Source of the DNA: an uncultured Chloroflexia bacterium
GTDB lineage: Bacteria > Chloroflexota > Limnocylindria > Limnocylindrales > CSP1-4
Length of the DNA stretch: 64,000 nucleotides
Direction: 5' to 3'
NCBI GenBank assembly: GCA_963833225.1
Contig: CAWHXD010000007.1
Location: forward strand, 352,001 to 416,000
The notes beneath the pieces were generated by a model that saw only the letters and a program-made list of their open reading frames with translations, was not told the origin of the DNA and did not search any database. This document shows positions 28,066-42,189 of the stretch, piece after piece. Numbering within the stretch: the first letter of the stretch is position 1; each line of letters begins with the position of its first letter. The translations under genes were made by a program, and so were the position numbers.

Positions 28066-28121
28066 TTGGTGCTCCGGCAGGGTCGCACTGGCCCGTCCGT
28101 ACCGGGCCGCCCGTCGGCTGA

Positions 28122-29492
<1,371 letters not shown>

Positions 29493-29529
29493 CCCGGAGC
29501 CCTGAGCGGCTCCCGGAAGGAACGTGAAC

Positions 29530-32057
<2,528 letters not shown>

Positions 32058-32109
32058 CCCTGGCGGCCCAGCGTCTCTTCGCACGGCGCGTCCCCGCCCG
32101 GGGCGCGCC

Positions 32110-32676
32110 GTGACGCGATTCATCGACCGCGGCGCCGTCACGGCCGCCTGGGTCGGCGTCGGCATGGCCGTCACGATCGGGGTCTCGTTCCTGCTCGTGA
32201 TCCCGATCGAGTTCCTCGTGATCCCGACCGCGCTGTTCGGCGGGATGATGATCGGCTACTACGCCAACGCCCGGTCCGATCGACGGGGAGGGCCCTGGGG
32301 CCGGGTGATCCTCAACGGCCTGTTTGCCGGGCTCGTGATGGGGCTGACCCTCGCCGTCCTCTACCTGGGCGTCAAGGGGCTGTTCTTCACGGCCGACAAC
32401 GGGTTCCGGGACGCCACCTCCGGAGGGCCGCTGGTCTGCCAGTCCGGAGCCGACTGCGTCTACCAGCGATACCTGGACATCGGGCGTGGCCCACAGTTCG
32501 AGGCGGCCGGGATCACGGATGTCGACTCGTTCACCCGCTTCTACTGGGGCGACCAGCTCAACAGCGCCGGGACCTTCCTTGCGCTCGCGGTGGGCGGGTC
32601 GCTGGTGGGCGGGCTGATGTACGGGGTGACCAACCGCCGACGTCCAGAGGATGCGGCGTTGCCCGACCGCGCCTAG
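32110..32676 (+). CDS. Hypothetical membrane protein
   Basis: GTG start, about 4 TM helices, loop with a Cys pair; GC3-biased frame. Confidence 0.65.
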   Translation: MTRFIDRGAVTAAWVGVGMAVTIGVSFLLVIPIEFLVIPTALFGGMMIGYYANARSDRRGGPWGRVILNGLFAGLVMGLTLAVLYLGVKGLFFTADNGFRDATSGGPLVCQSGADCVYQRYLDIGRGPQFEAAGITDVDSFTRFYWGDQLNSAGTFLALAVGGSLVGGLMYGVTNRRRPEDAALPDRA

Positions 32677-32701
32677 CGTCCCGGCGACCCCGCGGAATCA
32701 A

Positions 32702-32728
32702 GACGCCCCGGTCGATGGCCGGGGCGTC
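32702..32728. terminator. Hairpin between the convergent membrane-protein and rpsT genes
   Basis: GACGCCCCGG/CCGGGGCGTC stem, followed by TTGA on the minus strand. Confidence 0.65.
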
Positions 32729-32756
32729 GAGAGTGATCGCCGACGAGCGGCGGAGG

Positions 32757-33539
32757 CTACTCGGTCTTCTTGGCCTTCGGCGCGGCCTTGGTGGCTGTCG
32801 CCTTGGTGGCGGCCTTCGCGGTCGCGGCCTTGGTGGCGGTCTTCGCGGTCGCGGCCTTGGCTGCGGTCGCCTTCGGCGCGGCCTTTGCCTTCGGCGCGGC
32901 CTTGGCGGCCGTCGCCTTGCCGGCCTTTGCCTTCGGCGCGGTGGCGGTCGCCTTAGGCGCGGCCTTTGCCTTCGGCGCGGCCTTGGTGGCGGTCTTCGCG
33001 CCGGTCTTGGCCGCGGTCCTCGGGGTCGCCTTCGCGGCCGGGGCGGTCTCGACGGCCGGTGCCGTTGCCGGGGCCGTCTCGGCGCGGGTGGTCTTGGACA
33101 GCGCGGCACGTGCCTTGCCGGCGGCGGTCTGGGCGCCCTTGGCCTTCACGGCCTTGCCGGCCGCGATGCGGGCCTTTGCGGCCTTGGCCGCGGCGGCCTT
33201 GCCGGTGGACTTCGCGACGCGCGCGCTGGTCACGACGGCCGTGCCACCGATGGCGGCGTTGATCTTCTTCGCGAGGCGGCTCTTGCGCCGTGCGGCGGCG
33301 TTCGGGTGGATGGCGCCAGCCTTCGCGGCGCGGTCCAGGGCCGAGACGGCCTCGCTCAGCGAGGCGGCGACATCGACGCCCTCGGGCTGGGCGGTGGCGA
33401 CCGAGACGGCCTTGGCAACGAGGGTCTTCGCCGCGGACCGCCGGGGCTGGAGGATCGCGTGCCGGCGCTCAGCCTGGCGGACGCGCTTCAGCCCGGACGG
33501 GTTGCGAGCGCCCTGCCATTTCCGGGGCGTTCTAGCCAA
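32757..33539 (-). CDS. rpsT: 30S ribosomal protein S20 with long Lys/Ala-rich C-terminal extension
   Basis: S..KRVRQAERR.....RRS..KT, LDRAAKAG.IH.N.AARRKSRL; TTG start; about 160 aa tail with KAAPKAKA repeats. Confidence 0.9.
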   Translation of the reverse strand: MARTPRKWQGARNPSGLKRVRQAERRHAILQPRRSAAKTLVAKAVSVATAQPEGVDVAASLSEAVSALDRAAKAGAIHPNAAARRKSRLAKKINAAIGGTAVVTSARVAKSTGKAAAAKAAKARIAAGKAVKAKGAQTAAGKARAALSKTTRAETAPATAPAVETAPAAKATPRTAAKTGAKTATKAAPKAKAAPKATATAPKAKAGKATAAKAAPKAKAAPKATAAKAATAKTATKAATAKAATKATATKAAPKAKKTE

Positions 33540-33717
33540 GGTGGCTGATCTCCGTTCCGTGTGTGTGCGGGTGATTCACGACGCGCGCGGGCGTAGCCTG
33601 CCCGAGGCGCGACGGCGAATGGTAGCAGAGCCCCGCGCGAATCGGCCAGCAGGGGATCCTGACCGGGTGCCCAACGCGCCTGGGGCAGGCTGCCCGCGAC
33701 CGTGCCACGATTGCGCC

Positions 33718-34242
33718 ATGGAGACCGACCTGCCGCTCACCGGGATCTTCCCAGACTGGCCACAGCACGCCGCCCGCCTTGCCGACGCGGTGCGCGACCT
33801 CCCAGCGGAGGCGCTCGCCATGCGCGCCTTTCCCGACCAGCTGCCGATCTGGGGGCTCGCTGCGCACGTGGCCGGCATGCGGGTGTACTGGCTGTGCGCC
33901 GTCTGCGGCGAACCCGGAGCCGATGCCACGCCATTCCCCGCAAGCTTGTCAGGGCTTGGCTGGGAGGACGACGAAGGCCACCCGAGGACCGCGGACGAGC
34001 TGGCCTGGGCGCTTGACTCCACGTGGGGGGTCGTCGCGAGCTGCCTCCAGCGCTGGTCCCTGCAAGACCTCCAGGTCAGGGTGGAGCGCACGCGCGACAG
34101 CAGGCGGGAGCTGCACACACGCGCGTCGATCCTGAACCGGATGTTCAGCCACGATGCGTTCCACGCCGGCGAGATCTCGCAGCTCCTCGGCGGGCATGGG
34201 TTTGCCGGGATCGATCTCTGGCGGCCCGCCCAGGATCGCTAA
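33718..34242 (+). CDS. DinB/YfiT family protein
   Basis: AH....YWL...CGEPG, GWEDD, H...H.GEISQ.LG; -10-like CACGAT 6 nt before the ATG. Confidence 0.8.
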   Translation: METDLPLTGIFPDWPQHAARLADAVRDLPAEALAMRAFPDQLPIWGLAAHVAGMRVYWLCAVCGEPGADATPFPASLSGLGWEDDEGHPRTADELAWALDSTWGVVASCLQRWSLQDLQVRVERTRDSRRELHTRASILNRMFSHDAFHAGEISQLLGGHGFAGIDLWRPAQDR

Positions 34243-35900
34243 CCCGAGGGCCGCGTCCGCCGCACGCGGTAGCGCCGGATCAGCGCCGCGGTGGAGCCGT
34301 CGTGGGAAGCTGATGGATCCACGTCCGTGCCCATGAGCTCGCCCGCGATCCGCGTCGCCAGGACCTTGCCAAGCTCCACGCCCCACTGGTCGAACGTCCC
34401 GACACCCCAGATCACGCCCTGGGTGAACACCTTGTGCTCGTACAGCGCGACGAGCGACCCGAGGACGCGCGGCGTGAGCCGATCGGCCAGGATCACGGAG
34501 GTGGGCCGGTTGCCCTCGAACACCCGAGCATCGACCTGGTGCGCCGGCACGCCGTCGGCGACCACCTCCGCGCGCGTCTTGCCAAAGGCCATCGCCTCCG
34601 CCTGCGCAAACAGGTTCGCCATCAGCAGGTCCTGGTGGTCGCCGATCTCGGTCGTCGGGTTGACGAAGCCGATCAGGTCGGCAGGCACGATCCTCGTGCC
34701 CTGGTGGAGGAGCTGGTAGTAGGCGTGCTGGCCGTTGGTGCCGGCGGTGCCCCACACAATGGGTCCCGTGTCGTAGGTCACGCGCGTGCCGTCGAGACGA
34801 ACGGACTTGCCGTTGGACTCCATGTCCAGCTGCTGGAGGTACGCGGGGAACCGGTTGAGCTCCTGCGAGTAGGGCAGGACGGCGTGCGTCTCAAACCCGA
34901 ACGCGTTGCCGTACCAGATCCCCAACAGCGCCATCAGCACGGGCAGGTTGTCTTCGAGCGGGGCGTTGAGGAAGTGCTCGTCCATCGCGCGGAACCCGGC
35001 CAGCAGCTCGCGGAAGTCGTCGGGCCCGATGGCCACCATCAGCGACAGGCCGATGGCGCTGTCCATGGAGTACCGGCCGCCGACCCAGTCCCAGAACCCG
35101 AACATGTTGGCGGTGTCGATCCCGAACTCCGCCACCTTGGCGGCGTTGGTGGACACGGCGACGAAGTGGCGGGCGACGGCGGCCGGGTCTCCCAGCGACG
35201 TGAGCAGCCAGTCACGCGCCGTGCGAGCGTTGGTCAGCGTCTCGAGCGTGGTGAACGTCTTTGACGCCACGATGAACAACGTCTCGGCAGGATCGAGGTC
35301 AAGGGTCGCTTCGCGGATGTCCGCGCCGTCGACGTTGGACACGAACCGGAAGCGCATGGACCGTTCCGAATCGTTGCGCAGCGCCTCGACGGCCATGGCC
35401 GGTCCAAGGTCCGAGCCGCCGATGCCGATGTTGATGACGTTCCGAATGGGCTTGCCCGTGAAGCCCTTCCACTCCCCGCCGCGCACCCTGAGCGCGAAGG
35501 CCGCCATCCGGTCGAGGACATCGTGGACGTCGGCGATCACATCGTGTCCGTCCACCTCGAGCCGTTCGCCGGCGGGCGTCCGCAGCGCCGTGTGGAGGAC
35601 GGCCCGGTTCTCGGTCCGGTTGATGTGGACGCCGGCGAACATGTCGGCCCGCCGATCCTCGACGCGGGCGGCCTTCGCCACGTCGAGCAGGAGGGCCATG
35701 GTCTGGTCCGTGACCCGGTGCTTGCTGTAGTCGAGGAACAGGCCGGCGCCCTCGGCGGTCAGCCGGTCGGCACGGCCAGGGTCGCTCGCGAACAGCTCCC
35801 GCAGGTGCCGGTCGCGCAGCGTCTCGTGATGGGCCATGACCGCGTGCCACTCGGGCAGGCGGTCGAGCGGGGCGGCAAGGGTCGTGTCGTCGGAGATCAT
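34239..35900 (-). CDS. pgi: Glucose-6-phosphate isomerase
   Basis: [47 protein letters not shown]. Confidence 0.97.
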   Translation of the reverse strand: MISDDTTLAAPLDRLPEWHAVMAHHETLRDRHLRELFASDPGRADRLTAEGAGLFLDYSKHRVTDQTMALLLDVAKAARVEDRRADMFAGVHINRTENRAVLHTALRTPAGERLEVDGHDVIADVHDVLDRMAAFALRVRGGEWKGFTGKPIRNVINIGIGGSDLGPAMAVEALRNDSERSMRFRFVSNVDGADIREATLDLDPAETLFIVASKTFTTLETLTNARTARDWLLTSLGDPAAVARHFVAVSTNAAKVAEFGIDTANMFGFWDWVGGRYSMDSAIGLSLMVAIGPDDFRELLAGFRAMDEHFLNAPLEDNLPVLMALLGIWYGNAFGFETHAVLPYSQELNRFPAYLQQLDMESNGKSVRLDGTRVTYDTGPIVWGTAGTNGQHAYYQLLHQGTRIVPADLIGFVNPTTEIGDHQDLLMANLFAQAEAMAFGKTRAEVVADGVPAHQVDARVFEGNRPTSVILADRLTPRVLGSLVALYEHKVFTQGVIWGVGTFDQWGVELGKVLATRIAGELMGTDVDPSASHDGSTAALIRRYRVRRTRPSG

Positions 35901-35927
35901 GCTCCGCATCGTAGTCCAGCCCGGCGG

Positions 35928-38534
35928 TCAGGACGGCTGCAGGCCGTTCTCCGCGCGCCTGCGAAGCCGCTCCGCTGAATGCAGGATGCGGTCGTGCATC
36001 TGGATCCGGCGTTCCGAGGTGTCCACGGTCGCCAGCCCACCGAGCCACGCCGCCGTCCCCTCGATGATCGTGGCGATCGCTGCCGCGTCGTCGGGCACGA
36101 ACAGCGGGCGGTCAGGGACCTCGACGTAGACCGGAGAGGTATGCGCGGCCATGCTGCTGATGAATGCCGACTGGAGCTCGTGCCGGCTCCGCGACCGGGC
36201 CGCGATCCACGCCCCTCCGTCCACCACCACGGGTTCCGCGAGCGTGAGCCCGGTCACCCCGATCGGCGTCTCCGTGGCGGCGACAACCTGGCCGTTGACC
36301 ACCAGCTCCAGGGCATTGACCACCGGCTGTGCCGCACGGACGGAGGCCCGCACGTCGAGCCGCCCGCCGCCGGCGGGCAGGCTGATGGTGTCGCCCGGCT
36401 CCGCCCCCTCGACCTCGAGGGTGATCAGTGGACCGGAGGTGGCGAAGGTCCGCCCCGCGCGGACCGCCTCCGCCCACGCGCTCGGAGACGGCCCCGACCC
36501 GGCGGAGACTCGAGCGTAGGTGCGCACGGCGCCCACGGGCACCTCGGAGGTCATCTTGTCGGTCCCGCCCAGGATCGGCAGCCGATGGCCGGTGTTGAGG
36601 AAGCGGTACCACTCCAGAATGGGAGGCGAGTCCAGCCCGGGCGCGAACGTCTGCATCTCCACGCCGTCGATGAGCCCCTCCACGATGGCCGAGGCGACCT
36701 CCGCGTACGGCAGCGGGAAGTGCGCGCCGATCGTGAGCCCGCCCGCGGCCCGGCAGCGCTCCGCCCATTCGGCGAGCAGGCTGGTGACCGCACCGCCCAG
36801 CCCGCCCTCGGGACCCCCGCCGGACGACGGCGGAAGGACGGCCCGGCGTGCCCCCAGCAGCGCGAGGTGGCCCAGGACGTTCTCCCGGTTCTCGGTCCCC
36901 AGCACCACGTGGTGGGACCCGTCCGGCGCAGCCATCGATCCCCACGGCAGGTCATTGATGTTGGTGAACGCGTCGGCCCACTGGGTCGCGAGCAGGTGGA
37001 CGATGTTGACGCCCTCGGCGGCAGCCTGGAGCAGGGCCGTGGATGGCGCCAGGAAATGGACGTGGGAGTCCGAGGCGACCCACCGTTCCTTGGCGGGATC
37101 CAGGGCTCGTTCAAGCGCCAGCTCCACGGGGCGCCCGGGCCCGCGGTCAACGACTTCCAGGTGACGCCGGAGCGGCACGCAATCGAAGCCGCGCACGACC
37201 TCCACCTCAACCGGGCCGGGCGGAAGGTCGATGTCGAATGCGCCCGGGACGTAGGCGTAGGTGTCGCCGGCGAGAGCGAGGTCCGCGCCGGTGTCCTCGT
37301 ACAGCCCGGGGTTGACCGCGTCCCGGTGGGCAACCGGTGGCAGGTACCGGCCATCGCGCGCCACGAACCGGACTCGGGCCGGCGTCTCCTCGCCGTCCAC
37401 CGTGACCCGGACCCGGGTGCGGATGCTCCGGGGTGGCAGGGGACGGACGGTCACGCCACCGACGGTCGCTCCCTCGCCCACGTCGCGGGCCCGGAAGACC
37501 GCACCGCCAAAGCGCAGGCGGGCGTCCGGGGTGACCGTGACATCGACGATCCGGGTCCCGTCGTCGCCGGCCGGGGTCGGGGCAGGTCCCCAGCCCACCG
37601 GGTGGCCCGGGTTGGCGGCTGGCAGGTCGTCGCCGGCGGATCGCGCCGTGCCGCCGCCGACGGCCCGCACCGGGCGTCGGCTCCGGATCGCCACGCCCAG
37701 GTCCACGTCCGGCAGCCGGTCCGGCGCGCCGGTGACCAGGAGCTCGACACGGGACGCAAGCGCGAGCGGGTTCGCCGTCCCCGCGAACAGCGTCATGCCC
37801 GCGATGACGACGGCCCGGCCCGGCTGGGGATCGGCCATGGGGCGGAGCTCGAGGCGCCGGAGGTCGCCGGTGCCGTGAAGCGGGATGGCATACAGCCAGA
37901 TGGTGAGGTCGTCATCCGGCGTTGGCAGGACGTCCGTCACTCCCGTCTGGCTTGCACCCCACGCGCCCGGCAGGGTGGTCAGCGGGCCGGCGTGTCCCGC
38001 GGGGGCGTAGCGCCCCGGCTCCAGCCGGGGATGGGGTCCGAGGAAGTCGAGCGGCTCGTTGCTGCGGTGGCCGACCGCGCGGAATGGGAGGTAGCCCCAG
38101 CCCGTGATCCCGTCCCCAACCTCGAACCGGCGCCGGATCGGCACCTCGATGGCGCCCTCGTCCCCGACCATCCGGTAGGCCGCCAGGTCCTCCCCGATCC
38201 CGTCAACCCAGCCGACGGGCCGTCCGGGAGGACGCTCGCCGGAGGCGTCGCGGTGGCTGTCGCAGAAGTGCGCCACCACCAGCCAGGACGCCCCGGCGAA
38301 TGGCGGCACCTCGAGCGCGACCTCGGCGCGGAGCACCAGCCAGCGCCTCGCACCCGCGTCACCCAGCCGGAACGGGAGCCCTCGCCACACGACCGGACCA
38401 CCGGGAGCACGGCGAACGCCGTGCGCATAGAGGGGATGGAGAGACGCGGCGAGCTCGTCCTCGCTGGCGTTCCACAACGGAGCGAGGTCGACGGGCCGCG
38501 CGAGGTCGGTGGCCAGTCCGCCGACGGGATCCAC
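35928..38534 (-). CDS. CehA/McbA-like PHP-type metallohydrolase
   Basis: DSHVH, AAAEG...VHLL, ENR...LGH, AHFP, WYRFLN.G.RLP..GGTD, G.VRTY, GRTF.TSGP, AHTSPVYV; GTG 38534 with GGAGGA RBS (alternative start 38570). Confidence 0.7.
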   Translation of the reverse strand: MDPVGGLATDLARPVDLAPLWNASEDELAASLHPLYAHGVRRAPGGPVVWRGLPFRLGDAGARRWLVLRAEVALEVPPFAGASWLVVAHFCDSHRDASGERPPGRPVGWVDGIGEDLAAYRMVGDEGAIEVPIRRRFEVGDGITGWGYLPFRAVGHRSNEPLDFLGPHPRLEPGRYAPAGHAGPLTTLPGAWGASQTGVTDVLPTPDDDLTIWLYAIPLHGTGDLRRLELRPMADPQPGRAVVIAGMTLFAGTANPLALASRVELLVTGAPDRLPDVDLGVAIRSRRPVRAVGGGTARSAGDDLPAANPGHPVGWGPAPTPAGDDGTRIVDVTVTPDARLRFGGAVFRARDVGEGATVGGVTVRPLPPRSIRTRVRVTVDGEETPARVRFVARDGRYLPPVAHRDAVNPGLYEDTGADLALAGDTYAYVPGAFDIDLPPGPVEVEVVRGFDCVPLRRHLEVVDRGPGRPVELALERALDPAKERWVASDSHVHFLAPSTALLQAAAEGVNIVHLLATQWADAFTNINDLPWGSMAAPDGSHHVVLGTENRENVLGHLALLGARRAVLPPSSGGGPEGGLGGAVTSLLAEWAERCRAAGGLTIGAHFPLPYAEVASAIVEGLIDGVEMQTFAPGLDSPPILEWYRFLNTGHRLPILGGTDKMTSEVPVGAVRTYARVSAGSGPSPSAWAEAVRAGRTFATSGPLITLEVEGAEPGDTISLPAGGGRLDVRASVRAAQPVVNALELVVNGQVVAATETPIGVTGLTLAEPVVVDGGAWIAARSRSRHELQSAFISSMAAHTSPVYVEVPDRPLFVPDDAAAIATIIEGTAAWLGGLATVDTSERRIQMHDRILHSAERLRRRAENGLQPS

Positions 38535-38551
38535 GGGGCGATCCTCCCGTA

Positions 38552-38609
38552 TTGACGCTGCTGCGCCCACGATGGTACGGTGCCGCGATCAGCGAGCGCA
38601 AGCGCTTGC
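38552..38609 (+). promoter_or_regulatory. Promoter and LacI-type operator of the aminotransferase/ABC operon
   Basis: TTGACG (38552-38557), TGG-TACGGT (38573-38581), perfect palindrome GCAAGCGCTTGC (38598-38609). Confidence 0.65.
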
Positions 38610-38628
38610 ACGCATCGAGGAGTGAGCG

Positions 38629-39909
38629 ATGCCTGGACCCGGGATCGAGCTGGTCGGCGCCGAGGAGATGGCCGAGGTCCTGGAGGTCATGCAGAGCGGT
38701 TTCCTGAGCCGCTACGGCCCGTCCGACAACCCCGCCTTCCTCGCCAAGACGCACCGGCTTGAGCTGGAGATGGCGGAATACCTGGGTACCAAGCATGCCC
38801 TGACGCTCGCCGGCGGCGGGTCCGCGGCGCTCCTGATCGCGATGCACGCCCTGGGCATCGGGGCCGGCGACGAGGTCATCGTGCCGGGCTTCACGTACGT
38901 CGCCTCCATCTCGTCGATCGTGTACGCGGGCGCGACGCCCGTGCTCGCCGAGATCGACGACACCTTCACCCTCGACCCGGCGGATGTCGAGGCCCGGATC
39001 ACCCCGCGCACGAAGGCCATCATGGTCGTCCACATGCTGGGCGGCATCGGCCAGCTCGACGAGCTCGTCGCCATCGCGGAGCGGCACGGCATCGCCCTCA
39101 TCGAGGATTGCGCGCAGGCGTTCGGCGGGACCTACCAGGGTCAGCGCGTGGGCGGCATCGGCACCATCGGCACGTTCAGCTTCAACGAGTACAAGACGAT
39201 CACCTGCGGTGACGGCGGCATGATCGCCACCAACGACACCGAGCTGTATGAGCGCGCGTTCGCGATGCACGACCAGGGCCATGCGCCGTACCGCCTCGAG
39301 GTGAAGTACGCCCCCCGCCCGTTCCTCGGCCTCAACTTCCGCACGACCGAGCTGTCCTCGGCGGTCCTGCTCGCCCAGCTTCCCAAGTCGGAGCTGATCG
39401 TGGCCCACCTGCGAGCCAACAAGGCGATCGTCAAGGACGTCCTCGCGGGAATCCCCGGGATTGCCTTCCGCCGGCTGGTGGACCGGGAGGGCGACATCGC
39501 GACCCACCTCGTGGTGACCTTCCCGACCGCCCAGATCGCCGGCGCGGTTGCGGCCGAGCTGGGCTCGTGCCAGCTGTCCGAGTCTGGCTGGCACGTGTAC
39601 AGCCACATGAACCACCTGCTGGACCAGCGCACCGCGTCCAACAAGGGCTGCCCGTTCCACTGTGGGCACACGGACCACGCCCGGCCCAGCTACCAGCCCG
39701 GCATGTTGCCGCAGTCCGACGACCTGCTGGAGCGCTCGCTCAGCATCGGCATCGGGGTGCGGGATTCGAACCTGGCTCCGTACGGGTTGCGGATGCGAAA
39801 CGACGCCAGCGAGGCGGCCGAGCTCGCAGCGCAAGCCCGGGGCGTGATCGCGCGGCACATGGGTGTGGCCGGTGCGGATATGCCTCAAGCCCCGGCGGCC
39901 TCCCGTTGA
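38629..39909 (+). CDS. DegT/DnrJ/EryC1/StrS PLP-dependent sugar aminotransferase (KdnA-like)
   Basis: GDEVIVP.FT..AS, EDCAQAFG, FSFNEYK.IT.GDGG (PLP Lys), GLNFR..EL. Confidence 0.85.
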   Translation: MPGPGIELVGAEEMAEVLEVMQSGFLSRYGPSDNPAFLAKTHRLELEMAEYLGTKHALTLAGGGSAALLIAMHALGIGAGDEVIVPGFTYVASISSIVYAGATPVLAEIDDTFTLDPADVEARITPRTKAIMVVHMLGGIGQLDELVAIAERHGIALIEDCAQAFGGTYQGQRVGGIGTIGTFSFNEYKTITCGDGGMIATNDTELYERAFAMHDQGHAPYRLEVKYAPRPFLGLNFRTTELSSAVLLAQLPKSELIVAHLRANKAIVKDVLAGIPGIAFRRLVDREGDIATHLVVTFPTAQIAGAVAAELGSCQLSESGWHVYSHMNHLLDQRTASNKGCPFHCGHTDHARPSYQPGMLPQSDDLLERSLSIGIGVRDSNLAPYGLRMRNDASEAAELAAQARGVIARHMGVAGADMPQAPAASR

Positions 39910-39917
39910 CCGACCCG

Positions 39918-40985
39918 ATGCCGGCGATCGAGCTGCTCGACGCCACCAAGCGCTACGGGGAGGCGGTTGCGCTCGACCACGTGTCGCTCGAGATCGGGCA
40001 AGGGGAGTTCTTCTGCCTGCTTGGGCCGTCCGGCTGCGGCAAGACGACGACCCTCAACCTGATCGGCGGCTTCGTCCCCCTCACCTCGGGCGAGCTTCGC
40101 ATCGAGGGTATTCCGGTTGGCGACCTCCCCCCGCACAAGCGAAACGTCAACACGGTGTTCCAGAGCTACGCCCTGTTCCCGCACATGACGGTCGCCGCGA
40201 ACGTGGCGTTCGGGCTGCGCATGGAGGGCCTGCCGCCCGCCGAGGTGACCACCCGGATCGACCAGTACCTGGAGCTCGTTGGCCTGGCCGGGTTCGGTGA
40301 CCGCCTGCCCTCCCAACTGTCCGGCGGCCAGCAGCAGCGGGTGGCCCTGGCGCGCGCGCTCGCCAAGCGCCCTGCGGTGCTGCTGCTCGACGAGCCCCTG
40401 GGGGCCCTGGACCTCAAGCTCCGGAAGCAGATGCAGACCGAGCTGGCGCGAATCCATCGCCAGGTGGGGACCACGTTCGTGTTCGTCACCCACGACCAGG
40501 AGGAGGCGCTCTCGATGGCGACCCGGGTCGCCATCATGGCCAGTGGCCACGTCGCCCAGGTGGGCACGCCCCGCGAGATCTACGAGCGCCCGGTCGACCG
40601 GTTCGTGGCGGACTTCGTGGGTGAGACGAACTTCCTCGACGGGAGCGTGCGATCTTCCGACCTCCGTCCTGTCTTCGAGCCCGCCGGCGGTGGGGTGGCC
40701 ATCGCCGCACCCGGGGGGGCGGCGGCCGGCCCGGCCACCTTGATGATCCGCCCCGAGTACCTGCACGTCGATGCCGCGGGTGCGGCACCGCCGGACGCGG
40801 GACTGGTGGGACACGTTGTGAACGTCGCGTTCCTGGGCGCGTACTCGCGCGTCTCGATCGCGACGACGGCCGGGGAGCTGGTCGCCGTGCACTCGCACGA
40901 TGGCGGCCCGGACCCCGTGGTGGCAGTTGGTGAGGAGGTGTGCGTGTGGTGGCCGCCCGATCGTGCGGCCGTCCTCAGTCCGTGA
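39918..40985 (+). CDS. ABC transporter ATP-binding protein (PotA family)
   Basis: GPSGCGKTT, VFQSYALFPHM, LSGGQQQRVALAR, LLLDEP.GALD, TOBE-like end; alternative TTG start at 39906. Confidence 0.92.
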   Translation: MPAIELLDATKRYGEAVALDHVSLEIGQGEFFCLLGPSGCGKTTTLNLIGGFVPLTSGELRIEGIPVGDLPPHKRNVNTVFQSYALFPHMTVAANVAFGLRMEGLPPAEVTTRIDQYLELVGLAGFGDRLPSQLSGGQQQRVALARALAKRPAVLLLDEPLGALDLKLRKQMQTELARIHRQVGTTFVFVTHDQEEALSMATRVAIMASGHVAQVGTPREIYERPVDRFVADFVGETNFLDGSVRSSDLRPVFEPAGGGVAIAAPGGAAAGPATLMIRPEYLHVDAAGAAPPDAGLVGHVVNVAFLGAYSRVSIATTAGELVAVHSHDGGPDPVVAVGEEVCVWWPPDRAAVLSP

Positions 40986-41021
40986 GGTGGTGACAAGGTT
41001 CCCTGGAGGAGGAGGTTTGAC

Positions 41022-42161
41022 ATGACAGAAGCGAACGGAATCTCCCGGCGGCAATTCCTCGCGGCAGCCGGTGCGGCTGGCGCGGCGGTGGGGTTGGGCG
41101 GGGTCCTCGCCGCGTGCGGAGGCGGCGCGGCGGCGACGGTGGCCCCGAGCACGGGAGGTGGTGGTGGCGCCACCACGGGCACGTTCAACTGGATGACCTG
41201 GAGCGACCACTGGTACCAGGAGCAGTTGGACGCCATCACGGCGGCGATCAACATCACGCCCCAGACGACCGACCTGTCCGACAACGCGGACGGGTTCTCC
41301 AAGCTCAAGGAGGGCGGCTCGTCACTGGACATGATCTCCGGCGACGCGCTGTGGGTGCCCCGGTACTACGAGGACGGCCTGATCGAGGCCTGGGACATCA
41401 ACGAGCTCGCGGTGTCCAAGGAGCTCTACTCCGTCGCCCGCGGGTTCGACATCTGGACGACGCCTGCCGGCTACCTGGGCTATCCGTTCGGCTGGTCGCC
41501 GGTCCAGATCTACTACGACCCGGCCAAGGTCAGCGGCAACCCCGATTCATGGGACCTGCTGCTCGATCCCAAGTACGCCAAGAAGGTCATCGTCGAGGAC
41601 CAGCCGGTCGAGATCATGGCCTACATGGGCAAGGCGACCGGCGCCAAGGATCCGTACAACATGACCGCCGCCGAGCTCGCGACGGCCAAGGACGCGGCCA
41701 TGAAGCTCAAGCCCAACGTCCTGAGGCTGGCGCCGCAGAACACGGACACCATCGCGGCGCTGGTGAGCGGTGAGGCCTGGATCGCCACCGCCAACCTCGG
41801 GACCGAGGAGCGGGTCAAGGACGCCGGCGGCCCCGAGCTCAAGCTGTTCACCCCCAAGGAGGGGACGATCGGCTGGATGGACGCCGAGATGATCATCACC
41901 GGTGGTCCCAACGGCAGCCTGATCATGCCCTTCCTGGAGAAGGCCGAGCAGGCCGAGTACGTCGCCGAGAACTTCATCAAGAACGGGCGACCGCTGTTCA
42001 ACGAGGCCGCCTACAAGGTGCTCGTCGACAAGGGCCAGCAGGACCGCGCCGACCGGTTCCTCTACAACAAGCCCGAGACGGTGCTGACCATGACCCTCAA
42101 GGGCCCGGGCAGCTCTACCGAGGGCGCCATCGAGGCGTTCAACGAGGTGTTCGGAAGCTAG
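41022..42161 (+). CDS. ABC substrate-binding lipoprotein (PotD/PotF-like), Tat-exported
   Basis: SRRQFL twin-arginine motif, LAAC lipobox, PF.W, DSWD.L.DP, PKEG...W.D. Confidence 0.85.
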   Translation: MTEANGISRRQFLAAAGAAGAAVGLGGVLAACGGGAAATVAPSTGGGGGATTGTFNWMTWSDHWYQEQLDAITAAINITPQTTDLSDNADGFSKLKEGGSSLDMISGDALWVPRYYEDGLIEAWDINELAVSKELYSVARGFDIWTTPAGYLGYPFGWSPVQIYYDPAKVSGNPDSWDLLLDPKYAKKVIVEDQPVEIMAYMGKATGAKDPYNMTAAELATAKDAAMKLKPNVLRLAPQNTDTIAALVSGEAWIATANLGTEERVKDAGGPELKLFTPKEGTIGWMDAEMIITGGPNGSLIMPFLEKAEQAEYVAENFIKNGRPLFNEAAYKVLVDKGQQDRADRFLYNKPETVLTMTLKGPGSSTEGAIEAFNEVFGS

Positions 42162-42189
42162 GCGCGCCGGACTCGGGGAGACCCCCGTC

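Noticed and set aside
32770-33717. Hydrophobic AAFAFGAALV-repeat N-terminus on the DinB-family ORF
   Set aside because: It is the antisense reading of the rpsT Lys/Ala tail; the DinB gene most likely starts at 33718.
33718-34242. DinB-family gene as part of the SOS response
   Set aside because: It belongs to the DinB/YfiT four-helix family, not Pol IV, and no GAAC-N4-GTTC box was seen upstream.
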